Positions 53,596 to 64,000 of a DNA stretch of 64,000 bases are shown here, one piece after another. The position numbers and the translations under genes were made by a program. The notes beneath the pieces are model-generated. The model ran no database searches. It was not told where the DNA came from and saw only the letters and a list, made by a program, of their open reading frames with translations. How positions within the stretch are numbered: the stretch's first letter is position 1; the number at the start of each line of letters is the position of its first letter. Source of the stretch: Cetorhinus maximus (lineage: Eukaryota); NCBI RefSeq assembly GCF_964194155.1, contig NC_135881.1, positions 133,238,001 to 133,302,000 on the forward strand, written 5' to 3'.

Positions 53596-56500
53596 AGCTT
53601 GTAACAAGGTCAATCTTTTATAGGGATAATTTTATATAGCAACTCCGTATGTTTTTTTTATGCAAAGGGATATAATCACCTCTATATATGGAGGTTGATT
53701 TCTTTGTTGCCAGCTGAGATGTAAAAAAGTATTCCGTTCCAGTTCTTTTTCAGGGGGACTATTTTATATCATAATCAATCTTCCCATCAGATGCTCGTTT
53801 TTTTTAACGAACACCTTATAATCGTTAACCTTCACATAAAAGATTATGGAAAGAGTGAAACTATAAACTGCGGGGGAAAAACAACGAAGAAAGAGATTGG
53901 ACAGGTATTTATTATTCGTGCTTAGTAAAATTAAAAACGCATTCTTAACAAATGAAAATCATTAACGAACTTTTCAATGGCACCGCTGAAAAGTGGCGCG
54001 TGTACCTGCAGCTGCTAAAGATCTTTCATTTCAAAAATGAGGCCACATAAAACACACGGTGACAATCTCCGTTTTATAACAGTTTCAGCAATAAAACTAC
54101 ATGTTAGCAAACTATAGCCGTTCCAAAAAAGATTCTTTACCTCCAATAAACCATAACAAACTACAACTTCCGCATTCAATGCGCTATTTAAGTTGACAGA
54201 TGCAGATGTGCGGACAAAATACATTTCTTGGGAAATAAGACATTTCTGCCGTCCTTCTCTTCAGATTCGTGTACTTTGTTGCTTCGGTCACTCACTGGCG
54301 CGTTCTGTGGAGAGTAAATGGAAAAGCTTCCCCGCACAGACGGTATTCGGAAACCTAGTCTGTTATATGGTTAAGATACATTCCTTTCAATAGCAAATAA
54401 AAGCAAACAGTTAGATACATAAACAGATGTAAAGCATAAGAGTCGTATTTCAATGGAGTTAGAAGGATTCCATATTACAGTGTTATCGGCCTATTAAACA
54501 TTATATGTGCAACCAATTACTGTGCTTTAAAAACTTAGTAGGCCTCTTTCACACACGCACTCTGGGTATAAATATGTATAGCGATGGATGATTTTACTTA
54601 GTTACAATAAAATTAACAAATGGGATGTGAGTTGGAAGTCCAGCATCATGGCTTATCATGATATAGTTTTAAAGTAAATTAATCTCCATTTTTTTTAATA
54701 AAATGATTTTTTTAAAATCCTGAAACAATCCATAACATCCGCCAATGATTTATCTTGTTGTCATTTTTCGCTTAGCATAATCTATCAATACTATTTTAAT
54801 ATGTAATGTTTCATTTGACATGTAAGATTTAGACGTTAGTACCTTTGTTTATAGAACTCCAGTACAGGGGTTTCTCGGAGCACCATGACCATGTTATATT
54901 GTGTTGTGTTTCATTGGGAACGCTTTCTGAACATTATTTGATGTGCGCAGTAACTCAGAACCTGAAGGAAAATTGACAATCGTCATTCTAATCAAATGCA
55001 ACTTGCCCCAATTTTTGAAACGCTTGGATCTTTGATGACAACCATTAATGTGATTCGCTATCTGGACAATGTAGGTTTTCAAACGAGGCTTGTTTTAATG
55101 TCGATTTTATATTTCTTTGTTGTTATTTTACAATCTACGCATGCATGTACTTTGTTTATTCCTGCTTCAACAGGCTTAATTTAAAAATACCTTCGGCGCA
55201 TCTCGACGCTAGCAACAGGGTAATATAAAAACGCCTATCTCCAAAATTATCCTGGAGTATAAGCTGTTGCGTGATCAGATAACATAGAAATACCCATTAA
55301 ACAAAGACAATTATCAGATCCCACATTAAAACAAATTGCTGTCGTCGTCGTGAATCGCTTGCGTTCCCCCCACCCACCACCCGCTGCCTGCATAAACCCT
55401 CAGTTTAAAATCTGCACAGCTAGCTGAAATGCAACTTCCCTTTCTCGATGTTCGGGTTCTCTGTATCCCAATCTTTCTTTAGATTCCTGTGCATTCCTTA
55501 TGGGGAAGGGAAGATTCAGCCTCTCGCCCTGTGAGCCAGCATTGACTATCTGGTCAGCGGAGTATTACAGCGACGCAGACGGAGTGCTGAGGTCTAGAGC
55601 AAAATCGAGAACCATTCAAGTCCAGTGTTGAGCCTCAGAAAGAAAACGTTTTGTGTTTCCTGTGCAGATGGCCTGAAATTAGGATTCAAATGTTGATTCT
55701 ATATTTGCAAAGTGAAGCTAAGGCGCTCTGAAACTGCACCTCGCTTTAAAGAGCGCTTCCTCTAATTGAAATTTAGTTTTATTTATGCTAAGAAAATTTA
55801 TAAAAACAACCCACCGTTTAAACGCCTGAAATAATTTGCCCACAACCTTGGAATGTGTCGCGCGTCTTGCTGCTGTACCTAAGATTTATAGTTATGTACG
55901 AAATGTATGATTTTAAATGATGTGGTTGAATTGGTTACAATTAGCACAGTGAATTCTGCTCTCAAATGGATCACTGTTTCCCACCCAAAAAAAAAATGTA
56001 GTTACGAATTATGGTGAGTTGTCCGGTTTAGATGTTCAGTTCACACTTTTGTTTGAGTATTCAGTACAGGAAGCTCGCATGTTTCTTGCAAATTACAGCT
56101 CTCGGGTTAGGCAATGTAAAAACAAAACAGAGGAAGAAGATCCTTTACGTGCGTGGATACAACTCACCAAAGGTCGCAAATGAAACGAGTATTATCACAC
56201 AAAGTCGGTACCGATTATTCGACAATAGACAAAAATACAATAATTCACCCATTCTAATTTGAAGACGCATACTGGGGTAGCAGAATCTATCCTATTTTCA
56301 CTCCATAGCAAGGCGAGTGGAAGAAGAATAAAGCGAGACGTTTTTTTTTTATCTGTTGTTATGAGTTGGTCCTTTTTCCTTGAGAATTATGCTTGTAACA
56401 CATAAATATCAAATGTTGTATTAATTCCTGCAACTGATACAGCAGTTAAGAATTCCTTCAAAATATGGTGCTCGCATTCACTCCCAAACTTTGTTTAATA

Positions 56501-59103
56501 CTCAGCGGAATTATCCAGCCATTTACGGTATTCATTGCATACACCTTGTCGTCAGAAAGACTGGGCAAAATATATCAAAGTTTTCAAAATATTACAAGCC
56601 TGAGGCAAAACCGGACGATAAAAGTTTCAAAGTGGAAACCACATTCGATGTGTGATTTTCTTTTTGCGATTCTCATTGTATTATTTAAAATAAACCATAA
56701 AGGCTGACGCCTTTATTTCCGTTCAGATAACATCAGTGTGAAGTTGCACAGCCAATTTGTGGGCATGCAGTGTGCAATGACGACAACGTGTTCAAAGTGC
56801 TTTCATCATTTTCGAGTGTAATTGCCGTATAGCGTATAATTTGGCAAAGATTTACAAGATATATATAAAACATAAAATAAGACTAACCAAATCCTGGAGA
56901 CATCTGCACGAGAACTATCAAAACTGTTCGAGCCGGTCCCGTGACCACCCTCAAGTGTTTAGTTTCAGGAAAGTCGGGACTGCAGACAATCTCAAATACC
57001 AAATGTTATGTTGGGTGTTGATTGTTTACGAGAGATTGAAGCGCTTTTTAGTTCATCCACATCAATTCGAAATTAAATCCTCCATTTAAAACTGTGCAAA
57101 AGGACCGCGTGCACCGCCTTTTAGAAGCCAAACTCTAATTTAACATTAAAGAAGGAAAGTGCAAAATTACTGTGGCTGCTGTTTTATTTTAAGCCTACAA
57201 ACCATATCAGCCTCGATAGGAGTTTGCGAGCAACGAGTAAACAAAAAAAATATTCGAGGTGAAAGCAGAATGATTTTGAAGTTAAAAAAAATTAAGATTT
57301 TGCTACTAGATTAGTGAAAACAATGAGGGAATGCATGTACCTCACATAGTTGAAGTACATCTGAATTGAGAAAGATTATTATAAAATAGTGTCTAAATGA
57401 AACGCAATATGCAACTACACAGAAATGTAATACTTAAAGAAATATTTCCGATTCCTTGCCAAAATAATCCTATATCAATACTCAGCAAATCAAAAGAAAG
57501 AGGTTTAGCTATAATGTTGAGCTGAGCTGCATTTTAAGAGGGTCTGGATGTTACGGGGAGTGATGCTTTGAACAGCACAAACTTGACTGTGCTTTTGATT
57601 TGTGAATCTTTAAATCCTACTGGAGATAGTTTTCAGGTGGTGCAATCATATTCGGATAGTATCACGACTCGGGTGTACAAGAGCGCATGTTCTTCAGAAG
57701 ATATTATTTTGCATTGCACTGAAGAAAAAAATCAAGTTAAATGTTTCTAACTCGCGTATCGTTTCTTTTACAATAGGCCGTACATTGATATAGCTAATAA
57801 AGGGGATTATATAATTTAATATTGTAATTGAGATTTCATGCATTTTATTTGAATCAAGTATTTCTTGGTTACTTCATTTTTAAAAACGGTTATATGGGGA
57901 TGTGGATAATTGTATTTAAATACATTTCCTATTATAAAGTATTTGCATTCTCTTAGTTAATGTTGTGTTCATTTTACCATGGTAAGGTTGTCATGTATAT
58001 GTATTTATGTCGGGTGAAATGAATTTAATGCTGCATTCATAAGATTGCACTGTATCTATCTTGTGGCAATGACTATGTTGTACAATCATTTGGATTTTTA
58101 AGATTTTAAAAGTGTAATTCTAATCGGCCGCGCAACACGAATAAATAGAGCAACAGAATAAAGTGCCATGGTGTTTGTTTACTTGCTTTGCTTAGATTAA
58201 AGCTTCTGTTTGTCTCCCCTAAACAGCCAATATAATGGGACAAGTCTGCGTTCTGTGTTTAGTCTAGTTTCCTGCAGAGGCAGGAGCCGCCGACCGAGAA
58301 GCGGTTCCACTACATTCCGCCGAGGTCGCTGTTTCGAGGAGCAACACAAATTTACGCGCCCAGGCGCCATGTAATGATCATAACCGAGGCCTTGTGCTTT
58401 CAAGTAATTTCTTTGTCTTGCACATGGTAGAATGCATAGGTTTAAAACGCGTATCCTAAATCACTTGGCGCCGGTCCTTTTTATTTTCGATTTTCATCAG
58501 GAATTATAAGATCAACTATGCAAAAAATGCACCAAGAAAAATGTTCCGTTTAGACGATGTTAACATAACGATGACATATTTATCACTAACAAAGACGAAA
58601 TCTGCAATGCATGGATTACGCCGCTGTGCAGATGAAATTGCAGTTATTTTCAGTAGAACTGTGCCGACCTACATCGATGTTTTCAAATAATAATTCAGCA
58701 GCACATATATACTGCAAGGAAATCTAAAATTGATCATATTTAATTTAAACGTGAACTTGATCGTTCTTAGAGAAAAAATGAACAAATCTAATGTAAAACA
58801 TTACATTTATAAAATCCCAGCTGACAACAACGTTAAGGAAGCATGGCCCACCGTTTGCTCGCAAAGTATGGGAGGCACGCTGCCCTTCAAAAATTAATTT
58901 ACAAAGTTGTATTAATCTTTTTTTTAAAAAAAGTCTTGTCTAATAAACAATTGTTATATCTTTTTATAAAACATTGCTATTCCTGTCACAAAACATGACA
59001 ATTTACTGTTGGAGATATGAAACCAAAACATTTGACTTATTCGTGGTTATTTAGTAACTGCGGTTTCTTTCCAAACCAGCGACAGAACTCACTGGCGAAG
59101 ACG

Positions 59104-59190
59104 ATAACTGCAGTAATTCAGGCAGTTTCGTGTTGTAGAGATAGACTTGAGCCCCAACAACATGAAACTACCTAAATCACACATCAGTTC
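59104..59190 (-). ncRNA. MIR196: pre-miR-196 (HoxA-cluster locus, syntenic with miR-196b); mature 5p at 59174-59153
   Basis: Minus strand reads TAGGTAGTTTCATGTTGTTGGG, then a loop and a complementary arm CTACAACACGAAACTGCCTGA; canonical position between Hox9 and Hox10. Confidence 0.95.
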
Positions 59191-61008
59191 TATCTCAGCT
59201 CTTTAGATTCCTATCATTGTACACACATAGGGATGACCTAGATGCACATTCAACAAGCTTACTCAAATAGAAAAAAGTCACATTATGATGCTTCTCCTCA
59301 CAACCTCGCATGCAGTTCACCAAATACGAAAGACACCCCTCAAACAAGCAATATTGTGAGTCCCTGAAATAATCTCCCAAGAAATTCCGATATTTTTTTT
59401 TGTTGCGTTGCAGGCCAGATTTGTGTTTAAATGAATAGATTTAATTGCAAATTCAGCACGAGAATAATTGTTAGTTCCCCACTAAATATGGTGGGTTCCT
59501 TATTATCTCTGTGCAGGATTTCACGCGATCTGAATGCATGTCATTCACTCTAGTGATGATAAGCCATAGCAACTTGCCTGTACTGCAATAATCACGGAGT
59601 TCAAGGTTTGTCCGAAGAAAAGAACTAGTCAGATGACATAGCCTACAGAGATATATTTTCCTTTTCTCTTCTACCCCGCCACAAGAAAAAGACGAAACAG
59701 TAACTTTAACTTTTATTTGTGAACAGCAGTATTGGCATTTTAAAATATACTAGATGCAAGGTTGTTAGAAAGAAAGTCTTACCTATAGGTCTCAAATATA
59801 GGATAATAGGCCTTAGCATTCGTTCCTCTTACAGACCTTACCTTCATCGTAAATGTCTCCAAAGGTCTTATCTGCTGCTTTTTTCGATTCCTCACACTCT
59901 TCTGATTTTAGCCGATTAAAGGATCTGGAGTGTTTTGTGTTCAAAGAAAATCAATTTCCTACATCCGAGCCGTGCTCTGCTTCCTCTGTCTTCGTGGCTG
60001 TTCGCTCAACTGAAACCACTCGTCCAAGACAGCAACAACCCAGATATACTAGCAAGTCATAAAACTCAACAAAAGCCGACAAACGTTACAGCACCATTGC
60101 TATATAGCCCAGACAAATTACGACCGTCTAGGTAATATTTAAATAGATTGCAACGGTAATTGCCAGTCTTTAAACCCACCATTCCTGCTGAAAGCTTCCT
60201 CAACAGATAAGGTAAGGGGAAAAAAAATGAACACAAAATGAAGTAAAAACAATATACATATACCTATCTCAAAGGACTCCGACCAAATACGTTTTATTCA
60301 TCTTTCATGAAAACACAAATTTTGTTTACGTACACAGTGCAGCAGCAATAGGATTGAGCATAATTTGAGTCCTCATTCAGAGTATTTCATCTTAACAAAC
60401 TCAAATGAATCAATTCTATTTGTTTTTCTTTACTTCTAAAAGTGAATCGACGGCAGTGAATAAAAGGTCCGACATTCTACTCTTTCGTCTTTGCAACAGT
60501 GTTTCACATATACATGTGTCCTGATGCTTCTGTTCATGGTATGTGATATCTTTATGCAACAACACACTTTACAGCATATTCACATTTAACTTCTATTAAC
60601 ATGTCAGTATACGGTAGTTACTTATTTTGGAAATATTTTAACAGCATGGGTCATCTGTATTTAGACATTACAAAGTTTGATTTACTTAGCTGATAATTGG
60701 TAATTAGCACAATTAAAAGATTGTTGTCAGGTTCCCCCTCCCCCCCCCCCCCCCCACAGTTGTTTGAAAAATCATCATACAGGGCGATAACTTGTGTGCA
60801 TGCCTTGCTTATCAATGGCAACACTTATTATTATAGTTACAGAAACAGACACCCGCCACAAATAAAAACAAAACACGTAAAACGTAAATATCTACAACCA
60901 GCACACGGCTGAGAAGTCAGAGGTAAGTGGAGAAGTTTTAGTCTTTTAGCAACACGAGCACAGCTTCTCGAAGTCCCGTTAAAATCCGTAAACCAGTGTT
61001 TGTGTTTA

Positions 61009-61283
61009 TCATGAAAAGCTGAAGTTAGCTGTGAGCTCCCGAATCCTGTTCTCACGATTCATTTTCTTGAGTTTCATCCTGCGATTTTGAAACCAGATTT
61101 TGACCTGTCTGTCAGTCAGGTGGACACTGCGGCTAATCTCTAGGCGACGCTCTCGAGTCAGGTACATGTTGAAGAGAAACTCCTTCTCCAGCTCCAGGGT
61201 CTGATGTTTGGTGTAAGGGCAGCGTTTTTTTCTGCCACTCTTTGCAGTCAGCCAGTTGGCCCCGTTTTCAGCTTTCACCTCCC
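61009..61283 (-). CDS. HOXA10: HoxA10 exon 2 (homeodomain); gene spans 61009-63616, 344 aa
   Basis: [83 protein letters not shown]; acceptor TAG at 61286-61284. Confidence 0.97.
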
Positions 61284-61305
61284 CTAATAAGCAAAGGGGT
61301 GAGAA

Positions 61306-61400
61306 TGAGAGAGAGAGAGAGAGAGGGAGAACGAGAAAGAAAATAGAAAGATAAATAGAGTGAACCAGATAGAAGGTGAAGAGAGAGAAAGAGAAGAAAG
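61306..61400 (+). repeat. (GA)n/purine-rich tract at the 3' end of the HoxA10 intron
   Basis: GA repeat; pyrimidine-rich on the transcribed strand, just before the acceptor. Confidence 0.85.
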
Positions 61401-62741
61401 TTTATCTTGTTTCGAAGTATAATTTTCAATAGAAGTCTACGTGTGATGGCTATTTACTTTTAACTGTACTCTTCACGCTAAAGTGTCACTAAATCTAAAC
61501 ATATTAAGATGCGCTGTGAAATACTTAAAATGCTGCATCTTCCAATTTTCAATGTTCCGTTTTGACTCTATGGCATTACATTTTAATTAGCATTGTACAA
61601 TTCACGTTTTGTCAGCACGTTATGTGCATATCCACATGGAACACAAAACATAACATTTTCAATTACTTTATGGCTCAAACGGGCGTGTGAAATGAAGTAC
61701 TACGTGGGGTAAAAGTGAGTTTTAGGTACATTTACACTGAAGACGAAATTAGTTTGAAAACTCTGTTTTGATGCTGTTAGTTTTTTTAATGATTGCTAAG
61801 CTTGTTATATACAGGAGTGATGTTGCCTGGTTTCACTTTATCGTACAAGGATCTCGTTCATTCTCCTTTTTAGAATAGTTGAATACTGGCTTAATAACTA
61901 GTTATCCACTGAAAGAGCGGTTTAACTCCAATTATCAGTAAAATTCAACATTTCGCTGAGCACCAGTAGGCGTGTCTTCCCCTGTGGTATAATTTCCAAC
62001 TTTTTACAGCCCCGTTTCTCGCCATGTTAAAAACGCATGTTTATCTATTGCTTTAGTCTGAGAAAATTAAGCAAAGTTTTTCGTTTACGTAAACAAATCC
62101 AATGAGTCAGATTGGAGTGTTTTAATTGGGGCCAACTGGCTTGAATGTTTTAAGCCTTTTTAAGACCTAATTGTTTCACGTTATTTGGAATAACTTTATA
62201 AAACGATTCTTTCGGAAGTTCGTTAAAGTTAAGACTAAAATTGCCCACAGAACGTCAACTAATTTGTTGCGATGCCCCCATTTAGTTGACCACTGGATCT
62301 CAGACACATTAAAAACTAACTAACGACTAAAATATATTTGTAAGTTCAAATTTGATTTTTTTTTTATATAAGATGAATAATAACTGCACTGGGCAAATGG
62401 TGTCAAACATCTTAAAGTAAAAGATGAGAGGATCAGCGTTTCGTACTTTGAAAACTTTTCTATATATTTCACGTTTTTTTCCCCGAAAAGAGCGCTGGAA
62501 CATGAAACATCACTGGATTCCTTAGAGTATTATTTATTGGCTGTGCTGTGTTTACTTTGGACCCTGTGTGCAAATATGTCCTTCTATGCGGTCCGCTTAA
62601 ATAACTGCAGAAAGCATTCGTGGTTTGTAACTTATCTGACAAGTTTAGAATGTGGCTACAATTGACTCCGGAGCGTGGGCCCGTGCTATAAACTATAGTA
62701 GGCATTAATTTTTACAGCATAGCTCACGCCCAAAAATAAAA

Positions 62742-62755
62742 AGTTCACAAGGTCA
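62742..62755 (+). promoter_or_regulatory. DR2 RARE in the HoxA10 intron
   Basis: AGTTCA-ca-AGGTCA, two perfect half-sites, with an A-rich 5' flank. Confidence 0.65.
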
Positions 62756-62856
62756 GAATAAAACCCCCTTTGTTACGCTTGTTGGCTGTACCTGCCACGT
62801 CTACCCGTTTCTGAGTGCTGGCTGTATAAACTCCCCTCTGCCTCTTATTTACCTAC

Positions 62857-63616
62857 CTTTTGTTTCTTTCTCAGGAGAGTTTTTACTGCTTTCTGAAGGG
62901 ACTGGAGATGACTCTTCGTTCGCTGAAGAAGCCGGAGCTTCTGCCTCTTCTCTTTCCGAACTGCAGGTTAAATGGCCGGGGGATGTCCCTTCACTTCCTT
63001 TTCTCCCCAACTCAGTCGGGGTCGAAGCTGAAGAAGGGGGTGTTCCAAAACGGATCTGGGACTGGGGTACGAATGGAGAGGCCCCAACCTGCCCCGTGTT
63101 GTTATAAAGTGTCTGTTTGGATGTCGGATAGGCTTGGGACAGACGGAAATAGCCAGGGACAGGAACCCCGCCGCTAGTAGTCGTGTCACTATTGGAGCAC
63201 GAATCTGATGTTAGCCTTGGGAACGTGGAAAGATCTGTTGCTGCTGCGCTTTTGGGACATTTCTCCGAATCATATAAACAATATGCATTCTCTTCTTTGA
63301 TATTCTGGGGGAAGGAACATGCTGCTACTTGCTGGGTTGCAGGTTGTTCCATGCGACAGGACCTTGGGGGATCTGACCAGACCTCCATCCCGCTCATGTA
63401 AGGATGAGAAGTCAGGACCATATTCTGAGAGTTGCTCTCGCTGCGTTTGCTCAGAGAAGGGAAAAGTCCACAGTTCTGGGTGCCGTAAGACAGCTCAGAG
63501 GCAGGCGGCAGGTACACGCTGCTGTTGGGGTAATAGGTTCCTTCCCCGCCACGGCCCACGCTGATCAGAGAATCTACTAAAAAGGAGTTTGCAGACGGGC
63601 TGTCTGAGCATGACAT
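62857..63616 (-). CDS. HOXA10: HoxA10 exon 1
   Basis: MSCSDSPSANSFLVDSLIS N-terminus, IKEE and VPVPGYFRLSQAY motifs; donor GTAGGT at 62856-62851; join gives 1035 nt. Confidence 0.96.
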
Positions 63617-64000
63617 TGTTGTGGGGTAATTTGGCGAAAGCAGAAGATATCCAGTTCAGGCTGACATTTCTTGTGCAAACACGCTGAATATGATTAGAGA
63701 TACCTCCGCAGCACGACAGGCGGAATGAGCCAATCGAATGGCACAGTTGGACATAAGCCCCTCCTCCACGGAGGGCTGCGTCACGAGAACTGCAATAAGG
63801 TCACCATATGTATTCGGTAAACTGCAAAAGCCTCTAAATGCATCTTTATTTACTCGGTTCTACTTTATTGGAATCACGTCCTTCAAATAAAATAAAAGCG
63901 GGGCTCCAATGTGTAACGGGGTATCACCAGAAGGTTCAGCAATGCATAACGCGGCGTTACTGAGTCATAGGGGCAATCCGTTTATTATTTTAAATTGTTC

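Overview
Eukaryotic (jawed-vertebrate) genomic DNA: the central part of a HoxA cluster, with all genes on the minus strand. Six intact two-exon homeobox genes are present in colinear order: HoxA4, HoxA5, HoxA6, HoxA7, HoxA9 and HoxA10. Each has GT..AG introns that splice in frame. A miR-196 hairpin lies between HoxA9 and HoxA10. HoxA3 is expected to the left of the window, and its upstream regulatory region and likely non-coding exons occupy about 1-15 kb. Retention of both A6 and A7, the protein sequences and the AT-rich, repeat-poor intergenic DNA suggest a cartilaginous fish (inference). Readable regulatory grammar includes three DR5 RAREs, one DR2 RARE, CTCF boundary motifs at the 5|6 and 7|9 positions, E-box/CCAAT promoter modules, Cdx/Hox sites and many miR-196 seed sites in 3'UTRs. 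The most unusual observation is a heavily decayed homeobox-like trace between HoxA7 and HoxA9, at the position of the lost HoxA8. There is one 180-N assembly gap. Most short ORFs in the track are spurious.
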